From an uncultured Bacteroidales bacterium (GTDB lineage Bacteria > Bacteroidota > Bacteroidia > Bacteroidales > ML635J-15): 64,000 nt of DNA. Shown piece after piece: positions 25,468 through 35,510 of the stretch. The notes beneath the pieces were generated by a model, which worked only from the letters and a program-made list of their open reading frames with translations, was not told where the DNA came from and searched no databases. The stretch's first letter is position 1. The number at the start of each line of letters is the position of its first letter. Location: contig CALDKB010000050.1 in assembly GCA_937899245.1 (NCBI GenBank), forward strand, positions 2,179-66,178, in the 5' to 3' direction. The translations under genes and the position numbers were made by a program.

Positions 25468-27741
25468 ATGAGACACTCAATTTTAACAATAGCCTTACTG
25501 CTGACCTTCACAGTTTGCTTTGCGCAACAAAAGACAGTACGACAAATGATGCCACCTAGCTTTGAGTACGACCTTAACATTGAAGATGTTGACCATATTA
25601 ACGTATATCCGCCGTCGGCAGAACTAATTGCCGCCGAAGATGCCGAAGACGAAAAGAACGGCACCTATATTAAAATAGCCCGTCTAATTACCGTTAACTC
25701 TTCGGTTAAAAATGCTGGAACATGGCAGACTCTTCCTAACGGCAAGTTGATTTGGCAATTGCGCTTTTCAAGCGAAGGCGCCAAAGGCTCTGCTTTGTAT
25801 TTCGACAAGTTTGACATTCCCGAAGGTGCCTCAGTCTTTGTATATGCATCAGACAGAAGCATTGTCGACGGTCCATACTACCGTAGCGACAACCCGTCAT
25901 GCAACGAATTTATGATTGGCAACATCATCAGCGACGATATCACTATCGAATATGTTGCGCCAGTATTAAAATCTGAAAACGGAAAAATCCAGAACGACAC
26001 CGACACACCTATTATTAATATCGGCGAATACGGATATGTATACCGCGACGAAGGCGCTTTTGAAAGAGGCACTCGTACAGGAATAAGAGCTACAGGATTT
26101 GGCTCGTCGCAAAGTTGTGAAGTAAACGTAAACTGCTCTGTCGGTGCAAGTTGGAGAATACAACAGCGAGGTGTAGCAAGAATTTATGTCCGCGAAGGTT
26201 ATAATCTAGGCTATTGCACAGGCACGCTTATCAACAATACACGCAACGACGGAACTCCATATTTCCTTACGGCAAACCATTGCGGACCTGACGCTACATC
26301 CTCTAATTTCAACCAATGGAAATTCCGTTTCAACTATGAGTCTACTGGATGTACCACTCCTAGTTCGGAAAACTCAATAAACTTCACCGACTTTACAGGT
26401 TGCACAAAAATAGCCGAAGGTTCAAAGAACGGAGGTTCAGATTTCTTCCTATTAAAGCTTAATAATTTCTCCGAACAAAGTGCGATTAACATAAACGCTA
26501 TTTACAACGGGTGGGACAGAAACACTAATGCATCAACGGGTGGCGGTGCTGGTATTCACCATCCCTCTGGCGACATCAAGAAAATATCGTTCTACACAAA
26601 CACACCGACCACAGCAACCTACAACGGTGGCAGCGACATGACAGGCGCCAATAGTGCCCATTGGAAAATCGTATGGAGCGGTGAAGGTGTCACAGAAGGC
26701 GGTTCGTCGGGATCACCAATATTCAACAAGAACGGACTCGTATTCGGAACATTGAGCGGTGGCGCATCGTCTTGCTCTGCTGCCTCATCATCAAGATACG
26801 ACCTGTACGGAAAAATGTCGTTCCATTGGGACAATTCTGCCAATGGAAATTCAAACGCATACAAACTTAAACCATGGCTCGACCCGACAAACAGCGGTGC
26901 CACAACATGCAACTACTACGACCCGTCTAACACATCTCCGGACACCGAAACAACATCATTTAGCTACGACTTTGAATCTTGTACGGCATGGAGCGTTGAC
27001 CAATTCTCGCCTTGTTCCACATACGATGGAGACGGCTCTGCAACATACGGCATAAACAACGTATCATTCACTAACTCAGGATACACTGGCGCGTACATCG
27101 CTTTCCAAAATGGCAAGGCTAACGGATTTACCGCTCACGGAGGAACTAAGTTCGGATGCTGCATGGCCGCCAACAACCCACCAAACAACGACTGGTTTAT
27201 CACACCTCCAGTTTTAATAACCAACACCACAAGATTCTCATTCTGGGCTCGCTCAGCAAACGACACATACGGCCTCGAACAATTCAAGGTTGCAGTTTCC
27301 ACCGACGACCAGAACTACACGTACATCGCAGGAAACTCTTCGACAGCAATCTCCGCTCCTGTAGCATGGACACAATTCTCATACAACTTGTCGCAATATG
27401 CAGGACAGATTTTGTACATTGCAATAATCTGCACATCAAACGATGTCTTTGCATTCTTCATTGACGACATCTCTATTGATCCGAACAGCCTTGCTGTCGA
27501 AAACCCATCAGCAGAAAACATCAGCATCTACCCTAACCCGGCAAATGACAATGTTAATATTAGCCTGCCGGAAGATAATGCGACAATCGTCATTACAAAT
27601 ATTCTGGGACAGACCGTAAATACAATAAGCACTACGTCGACAAACGAAACAATTTCTGTCGAAGGACTTGAAAAGGGCATGTATTTCTTCAACATTAAAC
27701 TTTCAGACAAAACTGTCGTCAAAAAAGTCATTATTGAATAA
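25468..27741 (+). CDS. T9SS-secreted trypsin-fold (S1) serine endopeptidase with a cleaved-adhesin/choice-of-anchor-J-like domain
   Basis: Signal peptide. Triad context LTANHCG / GGSDFFLLKL / GGSSGSPIF. Adhesin-like domain (NNDWFITPP...FSFWARS...FIDDISI). Type-A T9SS CTD (ISIYPNPANDNVNISL...GMYFFNIKL...KKVIIE). Confidence 0.8.
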   Translation: MRHSILTIALLLTFTVCFAQQKTVRQMMPPSFEYDLNIEDVDHINVYPPSAELIAAEDAEDEKNGTYIKIARLITVNSSVKNAGTWQTLPNGKLIWQLRFSSEGAKGSALYFDKFDIPEGASVFVYASDRSIVDGPYYRSDNPSCNEFMIGNIISDDITIEYVAPVLKSENGKIQNDTDTPIINIGEYGYVYRDEGAFERGTRTGIRATGFGSSQSCEVNVNCSVGASWRIQQRGVARIYVREGYNLGYCTGTLINNTRNDGTPYFLTANHCGPDATSSNFNQWKFRFNYESTGCTTPSSENSINFTDFTGCTKIAEGSKNGGSDFFLLKLNNFSEQSAININAIYNGWDRNTNASTGGGAGIHHPSGDIKKISFYTNTPTTATYNGGSDMTGANSAHWKIVWSGEGVTEGGSSGSPIFNKNGLVFGTLSGGASSCSAASSSRYDLYGKMSFHWDNSANGNSNAYKLKPWLDPTNSGATTCNYYDPSNTSPDTETTSFSYDFESCTAWSVDQFSPCSTYDGDGSATYGINNVSFTNSGYTGAYIAFQNGKANGFTAHGGTKFGCCMAANNPPNNDWFITPPVLITNTTRFSFWARSANDTYGLEQFKVAVSTDDQNYTYIAGNSSTAISAPVAWTQFSYNLSQYAGQILYIAIICTSNDVFAFFIDDISIDPNSLAVENPSAENISIYPNPANDNVNISLPEDNATIVITNILGQTVNTISTTSTNETISVEGLEKGMYFFNIKLSDKTVVKKVIIE

Positions 27742-27764
27742 AACGCAATACACCATCCCACAAG

Positions 27765-27798
27765 GCTCCGGATTGTCTGTCAATTCGGAGCTTTTTTT
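27765..27798 (+). terminator. rho-independent terminator
   Basis: GCTCCG-(15 nt)-CGGAGC followed by TTTTTTT. Confidence 0.7.
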
Positions 27799-27842
27799 AT
27801 CAACAAAACTAACACGACAGAAAAAAACACAGGAATAACAAT

Positions 27843-27850
27843 TATATTTG
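27843..27850 (+). promoter_or_regulatory. Bacteroidetes -7 box (TATATTTG) for the DUF2851 gene
   Basis: TAtaTTTG lies 26 nt upstream of the ATG at 27877. Confidence 0.5.
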
Positions 27851-27876
27851 CAACGAAAAATGAAATAAACCGAACT

Positions 27877-29157
27877 ATGCACGAGGACTTTTTGCACTTC
27901 ATATACAAGAACCGCCTATGGATTAAAGGCACAGAACTTCTTACCGACAACACGCCATTTGAAATCATTGAGACCGGACTGCACAACCACGATTCTGGAC
28001 CCGACTTTTTCAACGCGAAAATCAAGATCAACGGAATTGTCTGGGTTGGCAATGTTGAGATACATGTCAATGCCTCCGACTGGCACAAGCACCACCACGA
28101 TGGAGACCACGCATACGACAACGTAATCATTCACATCGTCTTCAACTACGATTGCGACATCACCATGCCAAACGGACAAATGTTGCCGACATGGGAAATA
28201 TCGTTTCCACAAGCTATCTTTAACCGATACTCCGACTTCAAGCTAAACGAAAAGAAAATTGGATGTTCGGACTACATCGACCTTGTAGATGATTTTCACA
28301 TTACAATGTGGATGGAAAAAATGGCAATCGAACGCATGGAATACAAATCTGAATCAATAGCAGAGATACATAAGCGCACAAACGGCAACTGGCAGGAATC
28401 ACTGTATATAGTTCTTGCACGCAATTTCGGATTCAACACCAATGCCATTCCTTTCGAGCTGCTTGCAATTCAGACGCCGTCAAACATCCTGCTGCACAAC
28501 GCCGACAACCTACTGGCACTCGAAGCTATACTCTTCGGACAAGCGGGAATGTTCAACGAACAACCAAAAGACGAATACACAAAGAAACTTGCAGAAGAAT
28601 ATTCATTCCTCAAGAAAAAATACGACCTGCACCCTATTGCGAAATCGCTTTGGAAACATTCAAAAATGCAGCCGAACAATTTTCCGGAAACTCGCATAGC
28701 GCAATTTGCCGCAACAATGCAAAAATTCCAGAAACTAGCCGACGGAATACTGAACGACAAATTCAACATTGACATTTTCAACGACATCAACACTTCCGAA
28801 TATTGGTCCACACATTTTTCTCTTGGCGAAGCATCGGTCAAAAACAAACCGACCAAAATCGGCAAGCAGACAACCGACACAATACTCATCAACACCATAA
28901 TTCCATTTTCGTATTTCTACAGCAAAAACACAAGCCCGTCATTCGACAGCGAAAAGGCAATCGAGAAAATGAAAAGCCTCAAGCCCGAAAACAATCGTGA
29001 AACACGGGCATTTGACAACATCGAAAAAATCAAATGCGAAAATGCATACGAATCCCAAGCGCTTCTACACCTAAAAAAATGCTATTGTGACCACAAAAAG
29101 TGCCTAAAATGTAACATTGGATTCGAAATAATGAAAGAAATAGGCAGAAGAGAATAG
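27877..29157 (+). CDS. DUF2851 family protein
   Basis: N terminus MHEDFLHFIYKNRLW, GPDFFNAKIKI...VEIHVNASDWHKHHH, and C-terminal CLKC motif, as I recall for DUF2851. Confidence 0.65.
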   Translation: MHEDFLHFIYKNRLWIKGTELLTDNTPFEIIETGLHNHDSGPDFFNAKIKINGIVWVGNVEIHVNASDWHKHHHDGDHAYDNVIIHIVFNYDCDITMPNGQMLPTWEISFPQAIFNRYSDFKLNEKKIGCSDYIDLVDDFHITMWMEKMAIERMEYKSESIAEIHKRTNGNWQESLYIVLARNFGFNTNAIPFELLAIQTPSNILLHNADNLLALEAILFGQAGMFNEQPKDEYTKKLAEEYSFLKKKYDLHPIAKSLWKHSKMQPNNFPETRIAQFAATMQKFQKLADGILNDKFNIDIFNDINTSEYWSTHFSLGEASVKNKPTKIGKQTTDTILINTIIPFSYFYSKNTSPSFDSEKAIEKMKSLKPENNRETRAFDNIEKIKCENAYESQALLHLKKCYCDHKKCLKCNIGFEIMKEIGRRE

Positions 29158-29215
29158 CCACAAAGCAAAATTTCATTTTTACTGTTTAAAAGCATCATTG
29201 TTTCAGAATAAATAT

Positions 29216-29223
29216 TATATTTG
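29216..29223 (+). promoter_or_regulatory. Bacteroidetes -7 box (TATATTTG) for the C69 dipeptidase/rocD genes
   Basis: TAtaTTTG lies 22 nt upstream of the ATG at 29246. Confidence 0.5.
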
Positions 29224-29245
29224 CAAACATTAAAAAAAACAGAAG

Positions 29246-30961
29246 ATGAAAAAATTATTTGCGTTATTGACAATCGCACTATTGTGTGCATCCGGTACAA
29301 CATTCGCTTGTACTAATTTCATTGTAACAAAAGGGGCATCAAACGACGGTTCTGCATTCCTGAGCTATGCGGCAGACAGCCACGTTCTCTACGGAGAATT
29401 GTACTACCGTCCTGCAGCCGACTACCAGCCAGGTACCATGATGAAAATATACAACTGGGATTCTGGTCAATATCTTGGAGATATTCCTCAAGTTTTACAC
29501 ACATACAATGTTGTTGGAAACGTAAACGAATATCAGCTTGCAATCGGAGAAACCACCTACGGCGGCCGCGAGGAACTGTGGGAAGGCGATGGCATCATCG
29601 ACTACGGAAGCTTGATCTATCTTGCACTTCAACGTTCGAAGAACGCCCGCGAAGCCATCAAGGTTATGACCGAACTCATGAGCACTTACGGTTACTGCAG
29701 CGAAGGCGAATCGTTTTCGATTGTTGACAAGAACGAAGCTTGGATTCTCGAAGTTATCGGCAAGGGCAAAGGCCAGAAAGGTGCTGTTTGGGTAGCTCGC
29801 CAAATTCCAGACGGATATGTTTCCGCTCATGCAAACCAGGCAAGAATTACAACTTTCCCATTAGCATCAAAGAAATGCAAAACCAGCGTAACATTCAAGA
29901 ACATCGACAAGGTTGTAACCGACAAGAATGTAAACTGTGTTTACTCAGACGACGTTATCACTTTTGCTCGCGAAAAAGGTTATTTCAAGGGCAATGATGC
30001 AGATTTCAGCTTTTCAGACACATACGCACCGGTAGACTTCAGCGGAGCTCGCTTCTGCGAAATCAGAGTTTGGGCCTTCTTCAACGATGTATGCGACGGA
30101 ATGAATCAATACTGGGAATATGCAAAGGGCACCAAGATTGAATACGACGCAAACGGATATGCAACTAACAGAATGCCTCTTTGGGTAAAACCTTCTAAGC
30201 CAGTAACACTTGAAACTGTTATGCACAACATGGGCAACCACCTTGAGGGCACAGAACTTGACATGAGCAAGGGCATTGGTGCAGGTCCGTTCGGTTGTCC
30301 TTACCGCTGGAGACCTATGACATGGGACTACAATGGAAAGGACTATATCCACGAAAGAGCAACAGGAACACAGCAGACCGGTTTCTCGTTTGTAGCACAA
30401 CTTAGAGGAAATCTTCCTGATGTACTTGGCGCAATCAACTGGTTTGGTGCCGACGACTGTGCTACAACCGCATATGTTCCTATGTACGCTTCTATCTGCG
30501 AAATTCCTTACGCTTTCCGCGAAGGCAACGGCAGCATGATGGAATTCAAGCCAGACGCAGCATTCTGGATTTTCAACCTCGTATCTAATTTCGCTTACAC
30601 CCGCTACTGCGACATTTTCCCTGAAATTCAGAATGTAAGAAAAGACCTTCATAAAAGTTTCAAGGAACAAACCGCTCAACTCGAAAGCGAACTTCTCGAA
30701 GAAGCCAAGAACAACCCACAGGATGTATCCAAGAAACTTACAGAATATTCTGCAAAGGCATCTGAAAACACAATGCTGACTTGGACTAAGCTGTTTGCCG
30801 ACCTATTCGTTAAATATATGGATGGCAATATTAAAACCGCTCAGCCTGTTCCAGATGGATACAAGTACTACGCACCAAAGGTTGAACAACCGAAATATGG
30901 CAACGACTGGTACAGAAGAATCGTTGAAGACGACACTAATAAATTGTTAGAAGCAAAATAA
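29246..30961 (+). CDS. C69 family dipeptidase
   Basis: Signal peptide followed directly by the nucleophile context FACTNFIVTKGAS; 571 aa. Confidence 0.85.
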   Translation: MKKLFALLTIALLCASGTTFACTNFIVTKGASNDGSAFLSYAADSHVLYGELYYRPAADYQPGTMMKIYNWDSGQYLGDIPQVLHTYNVVGNVNEYQLAIGETTYGGREELWEGDGIIDYGSLIYLALQRSKNAREAIKVMTELMSTYGYCSEGESFSIVDKNEAWILEVIGKGKGQKGAVWVARQIPDGYVSAHANQARITTFPLASKKCKTSVTFKNIDKVVTDKNVNCVYSDDVITFAREKGYFKGNDADFSFSDTYAPVDFSGARFCEIRVWAFFNDVCDGMNQYWEYAKGTKIEYDANGYATNRMPLWVKPSKPVTLETVMHNMGNHLEGTELDMSKGIGAGPFGCPYRWRPMTWDYNGKDYIHERATGTQQTGFSFVAQLRGNLPDVLGAINWFGADDCATTAYVPMYASICEIPYAFREGNGSMMEFKPDAAFWIFNLVSNFAYTRYCDIFPEIQNVRKDLHKSFKEQTAQLESELLEEAKNNPQDVSKKLTEYSAKASENTMLTWTKLFADLFVKYMDGNIKTAQPVPDGYKYYAPKVEQPKYGNDWYRRIVEDDTNKLLEAK

Positions 30962-30996
30962 TTCACAAAAAATCAACTTAAATAATTAAAATTCAA

Positions 30997-32217
30997 ATGA
31001 AAAGTTCACAAGATTACATTGAACTGGAAGCTAAATACGGTGCACACAACTATCACCCGCTACCAGTAGTTTTCGCTAAAGGAAAAGGCGCAAAGGTTTG
31101 GGACGTTGAAGGAAAAGAATACTACGATTTCCTATCAGCTTATTCTGCAGTAAACCAAGGTCACTGCCACCCAAAAATCGTAAAGGCTCTTACAGACCAG
31201 GCACAGAAGCTTACATTGAGCTCAAGAGCATTCTACAATGATTGCCTTGGAGAATGGGAAGAATATGTAACAAAGTACTTCGGATACGACAAGGTCCTCC
31301 CAATGAACTCTGGTGCAGAAGCAGACGAAACAGCTCTTAAGTTGGCTCGTCGCTGGGGTACAGTTGTAAAAGGTATTCCGAACGATGAAACTTTGATCGT
31401 ATGCTGCGAAGGCAACTTCCACGGACGTACAATTACCATCATCACAATGTCTAACGATCCTGATTCATACGCAAACTACGGTCCTTTGACTCCTGGTTTC
31501 ATCCGTATACCTTACAACGATCCAGCAGCTTTGGAAAAAGTTCTTGCTGAAAAGGGTGACAAGGTTGCAGGCTTCTTATTGGAACCAATCCAGGGTGAAG
31601 CTGGCGTTTACGTTCCAGACGAAGGTTACTTGAAGAAATGCTACGACATCTGCAAGAAGTACAACGTATTGTTCATGGCAGACGAAGTACAGTGCGGTAT
31701 TGCTCGTACAGGTAAGATGCTTGCTTGCGATCACGAAGGCGTTCGTCCAGACATCCTTATCTTAGGTAAGGCTCTTGGCGGTGGCGTATTCCCAATTTCT
31801 GCAGCATTGGCAGACGACGAAATCATGTTGACAATTAAGCCAGGTGAACACGGTTCAACTTTCGGTGGCAACCCATTGGCAACACGCGTAAGTATCGCTG
31901 CTTTGGAAGTTATCAAGGAAGAAAAGCTTACAGAAAAAGCTGATTATCTTGGTAAGATTTTCCGCGAAGAAATCATGAAGATCGACTCTCCAATGATTGA
32001 AAAGGTTCGTGGTAAAGGTTTGTTGAACGCAGTTATCATTAAGCCTACAAACGGCAAGGAAGCTTGGGACGTTTGCTTAAAGATGAAGGAATACGGCGTA
32101 TTGGCAAAACCAACTCACCAGCATATCATCCGTTTCGCTCCTCCTTTAGTAATCACCGAAGAAGAATTGCGCGACGCTATCGAGAAGATCAAAGCAGCTA
32201 TCCTTTCATTCAAGTAG
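30997..32217 (+). CDS. rocD: ornithine--oxo-acid aminotransferase
   Basis: [24 protein letters not shown] and [12 protein letters not shown] motifs; class-III aminotransferase length. Confidence 0.85.
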   Translation: MKSSQDYIELEAKYGAHNYHPLPVVFAKGKGAKVWDVEGKEYYDFLSAYSAVNQGHCHPKIVKALTDQAQKLTLSSRAFYNDCLGEWEEYVTKYFGYDKVLPMNSGAEADETALKLARRWGTVVKGIPNDETLIVCCEGNFHGRTITIITMSNDPDSYANYGPLTPGFIRIPYNDPAALEKVLAEKGDKVAGFLLEPIQGEAGVYVPDEGYLKKCYDICKKYNVLFMADEVQCGIARTGKMLACDHEGVRPDILILGKALGGGVFPISAALADDEIMLTIKPGEHGSTFGGNPLATRVSIAALEVIKEEKLTEKADYLGKIFREEIMKIDSPMIEKVRGKGLLNAVIIKPTNGKEAWDVCLKMKEYGVLAKPTHQHIIRFAPPLVITEEELRDAIEKIKAAILSFK

Positions 32218-32240
32218 GATTTTGCAAGATTGAAATACTA

Positions 32241-32270
32241 AGGCCGTTCCTAAAGGACGGCCTTTTTTTA
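32241..32270 (+). terminator. rho-independent terminator after rocD
   Basis: AGGCCGTtCC-taaa-GGACGGCCT followed by TTTTTTT. Confidence 0.8.
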
Positions 32271-32284
32271 TTGAATAATGCCAT

Positions 32285-32318
32285 AAAAAAAGGAGACTCC
32301 AACAGGAATCTCCTTTTT
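32285..32318. terminator. bidirectional hairpin terminator (serves the minus-strand DUF1015 gene)
   Basis: A-run, AGGAGA-(12 nt)-TCTCCT, then T-run. Confidence 0.65.
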
Positions 32319-32340
32319 CATATTCTGTGTGTAAATAATT

Positions 32341-33585
32341 TTACAGCTTGTGGATTGCAAGGCCAGAACGAAGCTTTGGTTCGAACCAAGTAGTCTTCGG
32401 AGGCATAATGCTACCAGAATCGGCGATGTTGATAAGCTGATCCATTGAAACTGGATACAAAGCAAATGCAACAACCATTTCGCCAGAATCAACGCGACGC
32501 TTCAATTCGCCAAGACCACGGATACCGCCAACGAAATCGATACGGTTGCTAGTTCTAAGGTCTGCAATTCCGAGGATGTCGTTCAAAACGTGCTTAGAAA
32601 GGATGTTTACGTCCAATACACCAAGTGGAGTGTTGTCGTAAGAACCCTGCTTTGCGTTCATCTTGTACCAGTGACCGTCGAGGTACATGCTAAATTCGTG
32701 CAATGAAGCCGGCTTGTAGATTTCAGTACCCATATCCTGAACTACGAAGTTAGCAACGATCTTGTTCAAGAAATCTTCCTTGCTCAAGCCATTCAAATCC
32801 TTAACTACGCGGTTGTAGTCGATGATCTTAAGCTGAGTATCCGGGAAGTGAACAGCCATAAAGTAGTTGTATTCTTCCTTACCAGTGTGGTTCGGGTTCT
32901 TGCCTGCATATTCCTTACCGATACGGCTAGCAGCAGCAGTACGATGGTGACCATCAGCAACGTAAGTATAAGGAACCTTAGTTGCGAAAAGTTCTTCGAT
33001 ACGCTTGTTTGTTGCATCGTCGTCGATTACCCAGAAATGATGACCGAAGCCGTCTTCTGCTGTAAAATCGTATTCTGGCTTTTGATTCTTAACGATATTG
33101 TCAACGATAGCGTCGATTTCTGGAACTGCCTTGTAAGAGAAGAATACCGGTTCAAGGTTAGCGTTGACGTAGCGAGTCAATACCATACGGTCTTCTTCCT
33201 TTTCGATACGTGTAAGCTCGTGCTTCTTAATTACGCCATTGAAGTAATCCTCTGAGAAAGCACAACCAACAATACCATACTGAGTGCGGCCGTCCATTGT
33301 CTGAGCATAGATATAGAATTTTGGCTTGTCATCCTGGATAAGCCATCCTTCCTTCTGCATCTTTTCGAAATTTTCAACTGCCTTGTTGTAAACAACTTCG
33401 CTATGAAGATCAGTACCTTTTGGAAGATCGATTTCTGCGCGTGTTACATGAAGCAAAGATTCCTTCTTGCCATCAGCCATCTGAGCAGCTTCTTCTGAAT
33501 TCATTACATCGTAAGGCAGACAAGATACCTTCTCTACCAAGTTCTTAGGAGGACGTAAGCCTCTAAAAGGTTTTACTATTGCCAT
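32341..33585 (-). CDS. DUF1015 domain-containing protein
   Basis: N terminus MAIVKPFRGLRP, VADGHHR motif, 414 aa. Confidence 0.8.
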   Translation of the reverse strand: MAIVKPFRGLRPPKNLVEKVSCLPYDVMNSEEAAQMADGKKESLLHVTRAEIDLPKGTDLHSEVVYNKAVENFEKMQKEGWLIQDDKPKFYIYAQTMDGRTQYGIVGCAFSEDYFNGVIKKHELTRIEKEEDRMVLTRYVNANLEPVFFSYKAVPEIDAIVDNIVKNQKPEYDFTAEDGFGHHFWVIDDDATNKRIEELFATKVPYTYVADGHHRTAAASRIGKEYAGKNPNHTGKEEYNYFMAVHFPDTQLKIIDYNRVVKDLNGLSKEDFLNKIVANFVVQDMGTEIYKPASLHEFSMYLDGHWYKMNAKQGSYDNTPLGVLDVNILSKHVLNDILGIADLRTSNRIDFVGGIRGLGELKRRVDSGEMVVAFALYPVSMDQLINIADSGSIMPPKTTWFEPKLRSGLAIHKL

Positions 33586-33629
33586 TTCTTATGTTTTTTA
33601 ATTAGTTATACATTATAAATAATAGGTTG

Positions 33630-33637
33630 CAAAGATA
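33630..33637 (-). promoter_or_regulatory. Bacteroidetes -7 box (TATCTTTG) for the DUF1015 gene
   Basis: The reverse complement reads TAtcTTTG, 45 nt upstream of the ATG at 33585. Confidence 0.5.
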
Positions 33638-33736
33638 ACTTTTTTATCAGTGAAAAGAATCTTAAATAGATTTTATTTTAGCTTGTCGGTTCAAATTAAT
33701 TAACAATAACTTAACGCACATGTGATACAAACCGAT

Positions 33737-33744
33737 TATCTTTG
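33737..33744 (+). promoter_or_regulatory. Bacteroidetes -7 box (TATCTTTG) for the BI-1 gene
   Basis: TAtcTTTG lies 24 nt upstream of the ATG at 33769. Confidence 0.5.
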
Positions 33745-33768
33745 CAGAAAATTATAAATCAATAAAAA

Positions 33769-34512
33769 ATGAACATTTCAAGAACATCAAATCCAACTCT
33801 AGGCGAGAATGCCTTCACAAAAGGTGTTGAATACGACGGCACAGCAATGACCGTTAAGGGTGCAATGAACAAAACATTGATACTTTTTGCCCTGCTTCTT
33901 GTTTCGGCAATTGTATCGTGGAAAATGACTTTTTCGGGCAATACGCTTGGCACCGCCCTGTTTTTCCCTGCATTAATTGCAGCTTTTATCTTGAGCTTAG
34001 TCACTTCCTTTGCAAAAAAAGCAGCCAAATACACAGCACCAATATACGCTATATGCGAAGGTTTTGCCCTAGGTGCAATATCATCTCTTTTTGAAGTTGC
34101 ATATAGCGGAATCGTTTTCCAAGCTATTGCACTTACCCTTCTGGTATTCGGACTTATGCTGTTCATGTACAAGACGGGCATACTCAAGGCATCAGGAAAA
34201 TTTGTGAAAGGTCTTGTTATCGCGACATCAGCAATATGCATTTTCTACCTTGTAAGCTTTATTGCTAGTTTCTTCACAACGGCAATTTCCGATTTTCTGT
34301 TTGCCAATCCCCTTATCGGAGCAGCCATCAGCCTTGTTATTGTCGCTGTTGCCGCACTAAACCTCATCCTCGACTTCGACTTCATCGAGCAATCGGCTAA
34401 TTCGGGAGCACCAAAATATATGGAATGGTATGCTGGATTCGGCCTTATGGTTACTTTGGTATGGTTATACATTGAGATTTTAAGACTTCTGTCGTATTTA
34501 CGCAGAGACTAA
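33769..34512 (+). CDS. Bax inhibitor-1/YccA family membrane protein
   Basis: About seven TM helices, 247 aa, typical N-terminal SNPTL... segment and basic C-terminal tail. Confidence 0.75.
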   Translation: MNISRTSNPTLGENAFTKGVEYDGTAMTVKGAMNKTLILFALLLVSAIVSWKMTFSGNTLGTALFFPALIAAFILSLVTSFAKKAAKYTAPIYAICEGFALGAISSLFEVAYSGIVFQAIALTLLVFGLMLFMYKTGILKASGKFVKGLVIATSAICIFYLVSFIASFFTTAISDFLFANPLIGAAISLVIVAVAALNLILDFDFIEQSANSGAPKYMEWYAGFGLMVTLVWLYIEILRLLSYLRRD

Positions 34513-34530
34513 CAGAATAAATAGCACCAT

Positions 34531-34559
34531 AAAAAAGCGAACTTTGGTTCGCTTTTTTT
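34531..34559. terminator. bidirectional rho-independent terminator between BI-1 and comF
   Basis: AAAAAA-GCGAAC-tttg-GTTCGC-TTTTTTT. Confidence 0.8.
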
Positions 34560-35262
34560 ATGCCTTAGCCAAAGCGGCAATACTCAATTTCAATCCTTCA
34601 ATGCCGAGCAAAACACCTCCGCAGGATTCGGTTGTCGCTCCTGTTGTAATGACATCGTCAACCAGAAGAACATGCTTGTCCTTCAGCATTTCGATATCCG
34701 TCAGAATAAATTTTCCGGACACATTCTGCCAACGTTCCTCCTTGTTCATCTTTGTCTGGGTCTGGGTCTCCGCATTCCTAACTAGTATGCCTGTTAGCAC
34801 AGGAATCCCAGTTACTTCCGAAATGCCAGCACCAATCCTTTCGCTCTGATTATAGCCACGCTTTTTCTCGCGATTAGGATGCAATGGAACGGGAATAATA
34901 TAGTCAATGCCTGAAAAATTGCCAGAACTTATCATTTCAGCGCCCAATTCACGGCCAAGCACGATGCCGATCTCCGGCTTATGACGATATTTCAAACTAT
35001 GAAGCAACTTTCTGTATCGACTACCTTTCTGAAATGAAAACAAAGCCGTTGCACGTTCCAATTTCAACCTTCCCGCATACATCTGCATAATTGGATTGTC
35101 GAGCTCCTTGCAAAAATGCGTACGAGGCAATCCGAAAAGGCAATCGAAGCACAAAACGTCCTCGTTTCGCGTCAAAGCACGACCACAAGCCTCGCAATTC
35201 TTCGGGAAAAACAAGAACCAAAAGTCCGACAGGTATTCAACAATCCGCTTCATTGACGACAA
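34558..35262 (-). CDS. comF: ComF family protein (phosphoribosyltransferase domain)
   Basis: N-terminal CxxC...CxxC (CEACGRAL...CFDCL) and PRTase motif VLLVDDVITTGATT. Confidence 0.8.
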   Translation of the reverse strand: MSSMKRIVEYLSDFWFLFFPKNCEACGRALTRNEDVLCFDCLFGLPRTHFCKELDNPIMQMYAGRLKLERATALFSFQKGSRYRKLLHSLKYRHKPEIGIVLGRELGAEMISSGNFSGIDYIIPVPLHPNREKKRGYNQSERIGAGISEVTGIPVLTGILVRNAETQTQTKMNKEERWQNVSGKFILTDIEMLKDKHVLLVDDVITTGATTESCGGVLLGIEGLKLSIAALAKA

Positions 35263-35484
35263 AGATACATGAAATGTTTAAATTAACGTTTCCATGCTTC
35301 AAGATTTCTGAGTCGCGAAGTTTATGTAGCAGAAAACAAGAATTGAGCAATATGCGAACTATTGAAAGGTTTCATAAAATCTTATATCACAAAGGCTTAC
35401 CTATCCCAAAAACAGCCAAATCCGCCGCCACACATACTGACAAAAAAACTGACAAAAAACTGACAAAATTTCATAAAATGTAAT

Positions 35485-35492
35485 TATCTTTG
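35485..35492 (+). promoter_or_regulatory. Bacteroidetes -7 box (TATCTTTG) for the sigma-54 activator operon
   Basis: TAtcTTTG overlaps the ORF-track TTG start (35490), which argues for the ATG at 35511 as the true start. Confidence 0.5.
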
Positions 35493-35510
35493 CAAACTTA
35501 TTTTGAAAAA

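Noticed and set aside
33759-34241. 160-aa minus-strand ORF antisense to the BI-1 gene
   Set aside because: The plus-strand frame gives a coherent seven-TM BI-1/YccA protein, with a promoter box upstream and a terminator downstream. The antisense product has no features.
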